64,000 nt of DNA from an uncultured Acidobacteriota bacterium (GCA_963730485.1 CAVSRY010000028.1:8932-72931); one strand, 5' to 3'. Shown: positions 34,720 through 44,499, counted from the first letter of the stretch. Numbers and translations: made by a program. The notes: a model not told the origin generated them from the sequence alone.

Positions 34720-34760
34720 AAGCGCCTCGGATCCGTAACGACGTGCTGGCGTCCTTACAC

Positions 34761-34776
34761 CGCAACTTCCTTGCCG
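34761..34776 (-). promoter_or_regulatory. Candidate sigma54 promoter
   Basis: Minus strand CGGCAAGGAAGTTGCG (GG-N10-GC), about 43 nt upstream of the 34719 start. Confidence 0.55.
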
Positions 34777-35007
34777 CCGGGTGCCCGTCGCCGTTCGAAC
34801 AAGTCGCCCTGCGGTACCTCAGAAGTCATCCCTGGGGGAGCCTAAATCCCGCCTTTCGGCCGCCGGCTGCGGCGGGAGGTCATTTACCCCACCGGGAGCT
34901 TCAAAATTGCCATTTCAGGACTGTTGCAGGCCTCCGGCCGCGGCGAAAACAGCCCAAACGTGAGGCGACTGATCTATATGGACGTCGGATCAAGCGTCGA
35001 GGTTTCC

Positions 35008-35095
35008 CGCCGACGCCTTCGGCTACGGCGCGGCAGGCCCGCTTCGCCTTCGGCTTCGGGGGGCAGGCTCCGCCGCCGGCTACGCCGGGGCGGGC
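35008..35095. repeat. Tandem degenerate GCCTTCGGCTACGGC-type hairpin repeats
   Basis: About three units: cgccttcggctacggcgcggcaggc, cgccttcggcttcgggggcaggc, cgccgccggctacgccgggg. Confidence 0.55.
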
Positions 35096-38000
35096 GGGCA
35101 CTCCTCGGCCAGACGGCAAAGCGCGTTGACGAGCCGCATGTCATCCACCGAGTGGCACTCGACGTCGAGCAGCCGCGGACTTGCGACAACGACTGACAGG
35201 CAGCGCGCTCTGGAGAGCGCGACGTTCAGGCGATTCTTGCTGAACAGGAACTCGCGGCCGTGCGGCGCGTCCTCGCCCGACGAGGTCGTCATGGAGAAGA
35301 AGACGACCGGCGCCTCCCGCCCTTGAAACTTGTCCACGGTGCCAGCTTCCACGCCGGCCGGGAGCCGTTCGCGGAGGTGGCGCACCTGCATGTTGTATGG
35401 CGCGATCACGAGGATGTCTGCCGGCGTCAGGGGCCGGGTGACACCGCGTCCGTCGGTAAACGGCCGTCGGCGAGCAGGCGTTCGACTTCCGCGACGACGA
35501 CCGAGGCTTCTTGCGGCGACATCTGCGCGTTTCCTGAATGCGAGACCGGCAGAAATCGCGTGCCATTTCCGGAGAGGCCCGAGGACTGAACCGCTTGCAG
35601 CGCGCAGGAGTCGTCGGACTCCAGCTGACCCTCGTACGAAAGCCGCGAGACGAAGCGGCACAGGTCCGGATGCATACGGAACGTTCGCGCGAGAAAGATC
35701 CCGCGATCGGGAGGGACGACGGCGTGCCCGGCCATGTAGTGCTCGAGGACTGAGGCATCGACGCCGTGCGGGTGCACGCCGTGTGAAACGTGAGGCAATT
35801 GCTGCGGATCGCCGAGCAGCACGAGGTTACGGGCCGCGGTGCCCATGGCGATCGCATCGGCGAGCGACAACTGACCCGCTTCGTCGATGAAGAGGTAGTC
35901 CAGGGCGTCGTCCATCTTGTCTGGCGAGAAGCAATACGTCGTGCCCGCCACCAGGCGCGATGTTCGGATCGAGACAGTCTTTCAGGTCGTCCTTGCTGAC
36001 GATATTTGCGCTGAGGAACTGTGAGTCCTCTCGACCCTTCGTGGACTTCTTCACGCCGTTGAAGGTCAGACCTCGTTCAGTGGCGACTCGTTCGAGCTCT
36101 TCCAGGAAATTGCGAATGGCCCGATGGCTCAGCGCGGCGACGCCCACGCGCTTGCCATCGCGGAGCAACGCGGCTACCAGACGCGCGCCCGTCCATGTCT
36201 TGCCGGAGCCTGGCGGCCCCTGGATGGTCAGGCACCCGCCGTCGAGGGATCGCACGACGTCGGTCTGTTCGGACAGGTCCAGAGTCTGGATGCGTTGACC
36301 GGGACGACGCCCGCGGAGGCGCGGAGGATTCCGCATCAGCAGGTCGGCGATGGCGCTCCACTGTTGGGCTCGAGAGACACCGACGTCGCCAAAATGCTGG
36401 GCGACCCGCCGAACGGCTTCGCGTTGTTCCTCGCTATCGAAAGGTTTCCCGGCCACGATGGCCACGGGTAGCGGGACGGATGCGAGCGAGGGGCCTCGCC
36501 TTAACAACAATTGACCGCGATCCTGGTCGATCTCGACGATCTCCCCGGCACTTTCGCGAGTCGCGAAATCCGTGACCTTGTCTTTCGCGCTGAACTTGTT
36601 CTCCTGTGGCGGGAACGCCAGCCGATGGCTGAACGAGGTCGCCCGACCCTGCGGCGCAATCACTTCACCCGTCGCGGACAAGCCGGCGATCGCGTCGGCG
36701 TCTTCCATCAGATCGCTCATCGATGATTCGAAGCGATCGAAGTACGCCCACCACTCGGGCTTGTCCTCCCGGCGGTGATAGTCGAGAAGGCCCGCGAGAA
36801 GGCGCCGAGGTTCGGCTTCGATGAGGTCAGTCGAGAACAGAAGACTTTGGCGGAGCGGCGCGTTGGGGTCCTCCGGATCGCTGACCGGATCTTTGGCTTT
36901 GTCCGGGACCGGTCTCCACGGGATCGCGCCGAAGCGCGTCTCGGCCTCGACCTTCCGCTCCAGAAGCCAGTCGCGCAGCCTCAGCGTGGACACGCAGTCT
37001 TCTTCGTTGTAACGCTCGATGGCGTCGAGCAGCGTCTTGTCGCGCGTCTCCCGCCAGCGTTCGAACTCCACGATCGAGTCCAGGGCCGTGGCCACCTCGC
37101 CCCCGCCGGCGTGGTTCATGAAGAACTGTCGGACGTCCTTCAGCGAATAGCCTTCATGCGACGTTCGAAGCGTCTGCCTCACGACTGGATACAGGTCAAT
37201 GAAGAGGTCCCGCCGGAGCAGGTCGTCGAGTTCCTCTTCTCGTGTGGCGTGTTGTTGTGCGAGGTGACCCAGCTTGCTGCGCTCGTAGCTGGCGTAGTGG
37301 TACACGTGGAGATTCGGATCAGATTTCAATCGATCTCGAATGAAGTCCACCAGGCCGCGAAACGCCGCAGCCTCTTCCTCCCGTGAGGTCGCCCACCAGG
37401 ACTGGTATCGCGGCGTGTCACCGTCCTGCCACGCCACTCCAAACAGATACTCGAGACCGCCTGAGGGCTCGAAGTACGGATCCCCTTCCATGTCGAAGAA
37501 GAGATCGCCAGGCGAAGGCGGCGGAAGCAACTCGAAGCCACGACCGCCTTCCGGCGGAATGAGCTCATGGACGTGCTGACCGGTCGATCGGAACGACCGC
37601 TGCAGTTGCGCCTGTCGCTGCAACGTCGTCAGCGTCGGCGGTGCGATATCGACGGCCGGCAACGGGTCGGCTCCAGCGAGAGCCGCGAGCGTCGTGATGC
37701 CGGCCGATTCGAGACGCCCGACCTGATCCTGCCGGATGCCTGCGACCAGGCTCAGGTGATCGTCGCGTCTCCATTCGGTTTCGCACGCCGCGGCAAATTC
37801 GCACCGGCCGCAGTGAGCGACCGGCATCGGATAGGTCAGCGGCCTGTCGGCGACGAACTGAGTGAAGCGGGAGCGGACCGAGCGGTAGTACGACATGAAG
37901 TCGCGGGTGGACAGCGACTCTGTCGTGGTTCCCAGGATCACGTGCATCGCATCGGGATGTTGCCCGGACACCCGCGCGATCTGCGCCGAGTAGAAGGCGA

Positions 38001-38444
38001 GCTGAAACACGTAGGCCGGCTTGGCCTTTCGAGCCAGCTTGGTGTCCCAAGCCTCGTAGCTCCAGTCCCCGAGATTGGACGGCTTGGGAACACGCACGAG
38101 AAAATCCGCGATGCCACGCCAATTGCCGTCCACGAAGACCGCCTGGTAGACGACGTCGGCGCCCGCGCGCATCGCGTCCAGCGGTCAACTGTGCTCGTGT
38201 CTGCCAGTCGCCGGTCGTCGGAATCAGAGCCGACAACTCGGTTTTTCGATCTGAAGTGGTCCAACCAGCTCGCTTCGTACGCCAGGCCGTGCCGTTTGAG
38301 AATGTCGGCCTCAGGGCTTTCCGTTTCGTCAATCGTGGCGCCATCGAGGCACTGCCGCAGATGGATCGACGTCTTGTGCGCGCACTCCAGGAACGCGGTG
38401 AAATCGCTTGGCGAAAGCACCAGGCGGCCGCCGACTTGTTGCAT
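35080..38444 (-). CDS. TM0106-family RecB-like nuclease fused to RNase H-like and SF1 (UPF1-like) helicase domains (frameshifted)
   Basis: GIADFL...WDTK; CGRCEFAAAC; FFDMEGDP; QGPPGSGKT; IDEAGQ; GDPQQL; TVDKFQGRE; RLNVALSRA. Confidence 0.92.
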
Positions 38445-38502
38445 ACGGCTCAGATTAGCAGCACGCCGTGACAGGACAGGTCCGCGAGCGTCCTGTCATC
38501 CG

Positions 38503-38558
38503 GGAACCTGGAACCTTCTGGAACCTTCGAACCCTGGAACCCTGGAACCCTGGAACCC
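38503..38558. repeat. Tandem octamer repeat GGAACCCT
   Basis: ggaacctggaaccttctggaaccttcgaaccctggaaccctggaaccctggaaccc. Confidence 0.8.
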
Positions 38559-38560
38559 GT

Positions 38561-39393
38561 TTATATCGCCACCGTCAACGCCGCCGTGAGCCCGCCTCCG
38601 ACCGTGCCGGTCATCGTGGCCAGCTCCAGATTGGCGCCGTCGCTGAACACCATGTCGCTCGCGAGCGAGACCTGCGAGAGATTCGTGATGCTCTGCTCGT
38701 ACCCTGCCGTCGCGTAGACCTGATCGCAGATCGCCTTCGGCAGCGCGATCTGTGAGGTCGCGACCTTGTTGGAGACGTTCGTCGCCGAGGCGAGCGTCGG
38801 GTACACCTCGAAGTGAATATGCGGCCAGCGGCCCTGGTAGCACGCCGGGAAGATGGACGTGAACGAAACACGGCCGCTGCCGTCCGCTTCCTGCACGCCC
38901 CGCAGGTAGTTCTGATTCGTGACGCCCTGCGAGTACAGCGAGTAGCGGCCCTGCCGGTCGCACTGCCACAGGTAGATCGCGCGCCCGGCCAGCACCTCGC
39001 ACGTGGACGCCGAAACAATCGTCAGCTCAATCGTCAGCGGGACGCCGTCCGCGATCCCGCTCAGCCCGGCGAAGCTCGACCGGATGTCGTTGCGGACCAC
39101 TCCGGTCTGGCTGAGCACGTCGGGTCCGTTCGATCCGTCGCCTGGAAATGGCCCGGCGGTTTCCTGCGGGATTCGCGTCTGACAACCGCCGCCGCCGACG
39201 GTCGGGTCTGTGGGGCTGCTGCCACAACCGAGGAGCGGCAGCGCGGTTGCGCCCATCCCAAGTGTTGCGGCGATGCGAAACAACTGTCGCCGGTTCATGG
39301 CGGCGCCGGTCGCGAGCAGGTCGCGATGCAACCCGCCGAAGTCGTCGTGATGGTCTGGATGAAGCGGGTCGTGTGTCTTCATGGTGTTGTTCA
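38561..39393 (-). CDS. Tat-exported intradiol ring-cleavage dioxygenase-family lipoprotein (start uncertain)
   Basis: MNRRQLF...LLGC; ETAGPFPGDG; LWQCDRQGRYS; YLRGVQ; YQGRWPHIHFEV; His/Asp-rich N-terminus. Confidence 0.88.
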
Positions 39394-39473
39394 TAAAGAC
39401 GTGGCACGGACCAGGCCGGATTCGCGATTTGGGTGGTTTCACCGAACTGTCACGGCTTTGTCTCTCAGTTGTC

Positions 39474-39507
39474 AAAAAAAAGGCCCGCGACACATGGCCG
39501 CGGGCCT
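39474..39507 (-). terminator. Intrinsic terminator
   Basis: Minus strand AGGCCCGCGG-CCATGTG-TCGCGGGCCT followed by a run of T. Confidence 0.85.
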
Positions 39508-39574
39508 ATCGGGGTGTTCCTGGCTCCCCAGCAAGACCGGCGCGTTGTGCGACCGGCCACAGGAACACTCCTGG
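39474..39574 (-). ncRNA. Candidate sigma54-dependent small RNA (~100 nt, three-way junction plus terminator)
   Basis: The predicted +1 abuts stem GGAGTGTTCCTG/CAGGAACACCCC, which encloses two hairpins; the terminator follows immediately and there is no credible ORF. Confidence 0.65.
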
Positions 39575-39584
39575 GCGGCTATTT

Positions 39585-39600
39585 AGCAAGCACCGTGCCG
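39585..39600 (-). promoter_or_regulatory. Sigma54 -24/-12 promoter
   Basis: Minus strand CGGCACGGTGCTTGCT, close to consensus TGGCACG-N4-TTGCW. Confidence 0.75.
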
Positions 39601-39632
39601 TCTTTTCCATGTGAAAAGCGCTGACGTTGCGC

Positions 39633-39668
39633 CGGCTCAGGGCTCAAGGCTCACGGCTCAGGGCCGTG
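39633..39668. repeat. Heptamer tandem repeat GGCTCA(G/A/C)
   Basis: ggctcag ggctcaa ggctcac ggctcag. Confidence 0.75.
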
Positions 39669-39828
39669 AGGTCGCTAGAGTGAGTGCCGTGGTGCCACTT
39701 GGTTGCACAGCGGTCTGTACTGTCCGTTCTTTCACCGCACACGCCCGTCCTGTCAGCGCGGAAACAATCTTGTGAGGTTCGGCGATCAGCGCGGCGCGGA
39801 TCTGCGACGAACGAGCGCAGGCACGACG

Positions 39829-39844
39829 TGGCACATCGTTTGCC
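39829..39844 (+). promoter_or_regulatory. Sigma54 -24/-12 promoter of PilZ gene 1
   Basis: TGGCACATCGTTTGCC (GG 39830-31, GC 39842-43). Confidence 0.72.
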
Positions 39845-39858
39845 CCACCCAGTCGCGC

Positions 39859-40254
39859 ATGAAATCAAGCTGGGAAGGAACTGAGCAGCGTCGAGCTCCG
39901 CGCATCGATGTCCGCATGCGGGTGAAGGGGGAGCTCTCGTCGGTCGAAGCGCCGATTCTCGTTCACGATCTCAGCCGGACCGGCTTTGCCGTCGTCAGTA
40001 CCCTGCGTTTCGATGTGGGGGAGGCGCTCGACTTCAGGCTGCTCGGCCCCGAAGCCTCGGACGTGGGCGTGACCGCGGAGGCCGTGCATTGCCGGCCGAT
40101 GAAGAACGCGCCGCATCTCTACCTGACCGGTTTCAAGTTCGTTCCCGGTCGCTCGACCGGCCTGCTGCCTCAGGCCTCGATCGACCGCCTCATCGCCGCG
40201 GTCACCGTACAAGGCCCCGCATCATTCTTCAGAAGTGAATTGCCCGCGCACTAG
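39859..40254 (+). CDS. Stand-alone PilZ domain protein (paralog 1)
   Basis: 131 aa; RxxxR (RRAPR) and DxSxxG (DLSRTG) c-di-GMP motifs are intact. Confidence 0.88.
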   Translation: MKSSWEGTEQRRAPRIDVRMRVKGELSSVEAPILVHDLSRTGFAVVSTLRFDVGEALDFRLLGPEASDVGVTAEAVHCRPMKNAPHLYLTGFKFVPGRSTGLLPQASIDRLIAAVTVQGPASFFRSELPAH

Positions 40255-40371
40255 AGCTCAGGACTGAGGGCTGCAAGGCTTAGGGCTCAAGGCCAGAGCT
40301 CGGAAGCGCCTTCAATCCTGGCCTTGAGCCCGAAGCCCTAAGCCTTAAGCCCTAAGTCTTAGTCCTGAGCC
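40255..40371. repeat. Inverted arrays of heptamer repeats (GGCTCAG / CTGAGCC)
   Basis: gctcaggactgagggctgcaaggcttagggctcaaggc ... gccttgagcccgaagccctaagccttaagccctaagtcttagtcctgagc; can form a long hairpin. Confidence 0.75.
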
Positions 40372-40440
40372 TCTCCGGTAAACCCCTGATTGTCCCTCGC
40401 TTCGCGCGATCAAAAAATGGATCGCGAGCGGAGGGATGAC

Positions 40441-41040
40441 ATGCGACGAATCGTGATGTTCAACCACGTCACGGCGGATGGGTATTTCGCCGGCCCTGAC
40501 GGGAATCTGGACTGGGTCATGTCCGACGAGGAGTCGGACAAAGAGTCGGTGCGCCAGTTTCCTGATTTCGACACCGTGATGCTGGGTCGGAAGACCTACG
40601 ACATGTTCGCGGCGTATTGGCCGAAGGCGCTGGACAATCCCGGCGGCGCGGCCGATCCGCACGGGGCGAAGAAACCGTCGCCCGAGGTTCACGCGATCGC
40701 GGTGTGGCTGAACGGTGCCGTCAAGCTGGTCTTCTCGAAGACGTTGAAGAACCCGACGTGGAACAACACCCGCGTCGTCCGCGAGTTTGACCACCGCGCG
40801 ATCGCGGACCTGAAGCGCCAGCCTGGCAAGCACATCATGATCTTCGGCAGCGCCTCGATCGTGGCGAAGCTCACCGAGCACCAGTTGATTGATGAGTACC
40901 GGTTCCTCGTCAGTCCCGTCATTCTCGGAAAGGGCCGCAAGTTGCTCGACGATGCCGCGGCGAAACTGAAGTTGAACTCGCTGGAGGCGTCACCGCATCG
41001 TTCTGGTCACGTGATGCTGAAATACGCTGCGGCGGCGTGA
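40441..41040 (+). CDS. Dihydrofolate reductase-like (RibD C-terminal) protein
   Basis: VTADGYFAGPDG; MLGRKTY; IFGSASIV; LIDEY...PVILGKG. Confidence 0.9.
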   Translation: MRRIVMFNHVTADGYFAGPDGNLDWVMSDEESDKESVRQFPDFDTVMLGRKTYDMFAAYWPKALDNPGGAADPHGAKKPSPEVHAIAVWLNGAVKLVFSKTLKNPTWNNTRVVREFDHRAIADLKRQPGKHIMIFGSASIVAKLTEHQLIDEYRFLVSPVILGKGRKLLDDAAAKLKLNSLEASPHRSGHVMLKYAAAA

Positions 41041-41996
41041 GAATCTTCGTCGCCGGCGCGACCGGCGCCATTGGCAGGCAACTGGTGCCGCTTCTGGTCG
41101 CCAACCGGCACCAGGTGTTCGCTGCCACACGAACGCCGAACAGACTCGGGTCGCTTGACGCGCAGGGCGCCGAGCCCGTGCTCATGGATGGGCTCAACCG
41201 CGACGAGGTCATGAAGGTCGTCGTGGCAGCCATCCCCGACGTCGTCATCCACCAGATGACGGCGCTCGCCTCCATGCGTGACCTCAAGCGCTTCGACGAC
41301 GAGTTTGCGATCACCAATCGTTTGAGGACTGAGGGGACGAGATACCTGATCGACGCCGCTCGCGCGGTCGGGGCCCGCCAGTTCATCGCGCAGAGCTACA
41401 CCGGCTGGCCGAACGAACGTCGAGGCGGACGCATCAAGACGGAAGACGATCCGCTCGACGATTCTCCGCCCGTGGCGATGTCGAAAACGCTCGACGGCAT
41501 TCGCGCACTGGAGCGGATGGTGACGAGCGCCGAAGGGCTGACCGGCACCGTGCTTCGTTACGGCAGTCTCTACGGTCCCGGCACCTCAATCGCCGACCAC
41601 GGCGACATCGTCCGGCTCATTCGCGAGCGTAAGTTCCCGATCGTCGGCGGCGGCACCGGCGTCTGGTCATTCATTCACGTCGCCGACGCCGCCCGAGCGA
41701 CCGTCGCCGCGATCGAGCGCGGCGCGGCCGGCATCTACAACGTCGTGGACGACGAGCCGGCGGAGGTGTCGGTGTGGCTGCCTGAGCTGGCGAGCGCCGT
41801 CGGCGCGAAGCCACCGTGGCGAATCCCCACATGGATCGGGCGTTTTGCTGTTGGCGAGGCGGGCGTTTCGATCATGACCGAAATCCGCGGCTCCTCGAAC
41901 GCCAGGGCGAAACGCGTCCTGCGCTGGGCGCCTTCATATCCCACCTGGCGCGACGGCTTCCTGCGAGGGCTTCACGCCGTCGGTCCTAAGCCGTAG
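41037..41996 (+). CDS. NAD-dependent epimerase/dehydratase family protein
   Basis: IFVAGATGAIG; LRYGSLYGPG; SFIHVADAA; YNVVDD. Confidence 0.9.
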   Translation: MRIFVAGATGAIGRQLVPLLVANRHQVFAATRTPNRLGSLDAQGAEPVLMDGLNRDEVMKVVVAAIPDVVIHQMTALASMRDLKRFDDEFAITNRLRTEGTRYLIDAARAVGARQFIAQSYTGWPNERRGGRIKTEDDPLDDSPPVAMSKTLDGIRALERMVTSAEGLTGTVLRYGSLYGPGTSIADHGDIVRLIRERKFPIVGGGTGVWSFIHVADAARATVAAIERGAAGIYNVVDDEPAEVSVWLPELASAVGAKPPWRIPTWIGRFAVGEAGVSIMTEIRGSSNARAKRVLRWAPSYPTWRDGFLRGLHAVGPKP

Positions 41997-42058
41997 GTCC
42001 ACTCACAATCCTGTATGCGCCCCGCGTGACAGGCGTCACCGATCGCGCCAGAAACGCG

Positions 42059-42074
42059 TGGCATCGCGTTTGCG
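42059..42074 (+). promoter_or_regulatory. Sigma54 -24/-12 promoter of PilZ gene 2
   Basis: TGGCATCGCGTTTGCG (GG 42060-61, GC 42072-73). Confidence 0.7.
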
Positions 42075-42086
42075 CAGATACGAGTC

Positions 42087-42482
42087 GTGGCTTCGAGCTG
42101 GATTCGTCCCGAGCAACGGCGGTCGCCGCGCATCAATGTGCAGATGCGCGTCAAGGGTGAGCTCGCGTCGGTCGAGACGCCGATCCTCGTCCACGACGTC
42201 AGCCGGACGGGATTCGCCGTCGTCAGCACCCTCGCCTTCGAGCGGGGCGTCATGCTCGATTTTCGGCTGATTGGCCCCGGCGCCACGGACCTTGTCGTCA
42301 CCGCCGAGGCAGTGCACACGCATCTGATGCGCGGCGCGCCGCATCTCTATCTGAGCGGTTTCCAGTTCATGCCGGGCCGTCTGACCGGCCTGCTCCCACA
42401 GCACGCAATCGACCGCTTCATCGACGCGGTCACCCCCCGCCCGACTGCGGTGTTTCTTGGCAGCGAACTGCCCACCCGCTAG
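42087..42482 (+). CDS. Stand-alone PilZ domain protein (paralog 2)
   Basis: 131 aa; RRSPR and DVSRTG; aligns without gaps to paralog 1. Confidence 0.88.
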   Translation: MASSWIRPEQRRSPRINVQMRVKGELASVETPILVHDVSRTGFAVVSTLAFERGVMLDFRLIGPGATDLVVTAEAVHTHLMRGAPHLYLSGFQFMPGRLTGLLPQHAIDRFIDAVTPRPTAVFLGSELPTR

Positions 42483-42497
42483 TGAGTCAACGTTCTA

Positions 42498-42550
42498 TGC
42501 CCTAAGCCCTAAGCCCCAAGTCTCAAGCCCAAGTCTCGAGCCGTGAGCCT
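42498..42550. repeat. Heptamer tandem repeat (CCTAAGC-like)
   Basis: gccctaagccctaagccccaagtctcaagcccaagtctcgagccgtgagcc. Confidence 0.7.
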
Positions 42551-42569
42551 CCTATAATCGTGGCCACCC

Positions 42570-44453
42570 ATGCGGCTCCAGCTCCTCGACTGGCTCATCG
42601 TCCTGGCGACCCTGCTCATTTGCTTCGTGCCGGCGCTGTTCTTCGGCAAGCGCGCCGGCAAGAACACGTCTGAGTTCTTTGCGTCCGGCCGGTCCGTGCC
42701 GTGGTGGCTGGCGGGCCTGTCGATGGTCGCGACGACTTTCAGCAGCGACACGCCGAACTGGGTGACCGAGCAGGTCCGCAAGTTCGGCGTCGCCGGCAAC
42801 TGGCAGTGGTGGGCCTTCACGCTCACGGGCGTCGCGACCGTGTTTTTCTTCGCGCGACTGTGGCGCCGGTCCGGCGTCATGACCGACCTCGAGTTCTACG
42901 AGTTGCGCTACTCGGGCACGGCGGCGAGCCTCGTGCGCGGCTTCCGCGCGGTCTACCTCGGGCTCTTCTTCAACTGCTTCATCATGGGCACCGTGATGCT
43001 GGCGGCGTGCAAGATCGCCAACATCCTCTTTGGACTGCCGCCCTGGCAGACCATCGTCATCTGCGGTGTGCTCAACGTGGTCTTTGCCGCGCACGCGGGA
43101 CTCTGGGGCGTGCTCGTCATCGACATGATTCAGTTCTTCATCAAGATGACGGCGGTCATCGCCGCGGCGTATTTCAGCTTGAAGGAAGTCGCGCGCCGGA
43201 CCGGCATCGCCGAGGGCGCGCTCGCCGGGCTGCAGCATCTCGTCAACACGCTCGGATCGCAGCAGGTGAAGTTCACCGACGGCAGCCAGCCGGTCGTGTC
43301 GGCGATCGACGGCACGGGCCAGCCGATCCTCAACATCCTGCCGAACTTCGCGATGTGGGATCTGGCGCTCGCCATCTTCATCATGCCGCTCGCGGTCGGC
43401 TGGTGGGCCAACTGGTATCCCGGCGCCGAGCCCGGCGGCGGCAGCTACATCGCGCAGCGCATGCTCGCGTCGAAGACCGAGAAGGACTCGCTTGGCGGCA
43501 CGCTCTTCTTCAATCTCGCGCACTACGTGCTGCGGCCGTGGCCGTGGATCATCACCGCGCTCTGCTCGATCATTGTGTTCCCTGAGCTCAAGGACATTCA
43601 GGCCGCGTTTCCGAATGCCGATCCTGGTCTGATCGGTCACGACAGCGCGTTTCCGGCGATGCTCATGTTCCTGCCGGTTGGTTTCACCGGGCTGATGGTC
43701 GGCGGTCTCATCGCGGCCAACTCGTCCACGATCCTCACGCACCTCAACTGGGGCGCGTCGTATCTCGTGCACGACTTCTATCGCCGCTTCTTCGCGCCCG
43801 ATGCGCCGGAAAAGCACTACGTGCGGGTGGGCCGCATCTGCACGGCGTTCCTGTATGTGTTTGCGGGAATTCTCGGGCTGATGCTCGAGTCCGCGCAGGG
43901 CGCCTTCCAGGTCATCATCAGCATCGGCGCCGGGACCGGGCTTTTGTATCTGCTGCGCTGGTTCTGGTGGCGCATCAACGCGTGGTCCGAGGTCGTGGCG
44001 ATGATCAGCTCGTTCGCGATCTCCGTCGCGTTCTTCGTCGCCGGGAAGGCCGGCTACTCGCTGCCGTTCGCGCAGACGATTTTCATTTCAGTCGGGTTCA
44101 CCACGGTGTGCTGGCTGCTGGCCGCGTACTTCGGCCCGCAGACCGATCGGGCGACGTTGATTGCCTTCTATAGGAAGGTGCACCCGCCCGGCCCGGGCTG
44201 GGAGCGCATTCGCCGCGAGGCCGGCGTGAGCCGGGCCGACGCCGAGAGCCAGGGCGACAGCATGAGAATGGCCGCGCTCGGCTGGATCGCCGGCGTCGCG
44301 ACGATCTGGTCGTCGCTCTTCGCGATTGGCAACTATCTTTACGGGCGCATGGGCCTCGCGCTCACGCTCACCGCGATCTTCATGGTGAGCGGCGCGACGT
44401 TGCTCTACGTGATCAATCACGTCTGGGATCGGGCCGATCGATTTGAGGCGTAG
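42570..44453 (+). CDS. Sodium:solute symporter (SSS) family protein
   Basis: Intact 627 aa; EFFASGRSVPWWLAGLSMVATTFSSDTP; YIAQRMLAS; TATAAT upstream. Confidence 0.93.
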   Translation: MRLQLLDWLIVLATLLICFVPALFFGKRAGKNTSEFFASGRSVPWWLAGLSMVATTFSSDTPNWVTEQVRKFGVAGNWQWWAFTLTGVATVFFFARLWRRSGVMTDLEFYELRYSGTAASLVRGFRAVYLGLFFNCFIMGTVMLAACKIANILFGLPPWQTIVICGVLNVVFAAHAGLWGVLVIDMIQFFIKMTAVIAAAYFSLKEVARRTGIAEGALAGLQHLVNTLGSQQVKFTDGSQPVVSAIDGTGQPILNILPNFAMWDLALAIFIMPLAVGWWANWYPGAEPGGGSYIAQRMLASKTEKDSLGGTLFFNLAHYVLRPWPWIITALCSIIVFPELKDIQAAFPNADPGLIGHDSAFPAMLMFLPVGFTGLMVGGLIAANSSTILTHLNWGASYLVHDFYRRFFAPDAPEKHYVRVGRICTAFLYVFAGILGLMLESAQGAFQVIISIGAGTGLLYLLRWFWWRINAWSEVVAMISSFAISVAFFVAGKAGYSLPFAQTIFISVGFTTVCWLLAAYFGPQTDRATLIAFYRKVHPPGPGWERIRREAGVSRADAESQGDSMRMAALGWIAGVATIWSSLFAIGNYLYGRMGLALTLTAIFMVSGATLLYVINHVWDRADRFEA

Positions 44454-44499
44454 GTAGGTCAGGCGGGTAGTGCGTCAGTTTGCCTAGCGCGATCTGTAG

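Noticed and set aside
39402-39417. TGGCACGGACCAGGCC as a plus-strand sigma54 promoter
   Set aside because: The -12 element lacks TTGC, and no plus-strand gene follows.
39500-39575. Structured RNA as tRNA or a known riboswitch (c-di-GMP, fluoride, ZTP)
   Set aside because: It has no T-loop, anticodon arm or CCA end and none of the conserved riboswitch nucleotides I can recall. Kept as a novel candidate pending an Rfam search.
31908-42550. Repeat tracts as a CRISPR array
   Set aside because: Units are 6-8 bp with no unique spacers, and there are no cas genes.
42552-43817. Long antisense ORFs (also 5657..6853, 47917..48975, 30037..31068)
   Set aside because: These are shadow ORFs expected opposite real genes in high-GC DNA, with Arg/Ala-rich composition.
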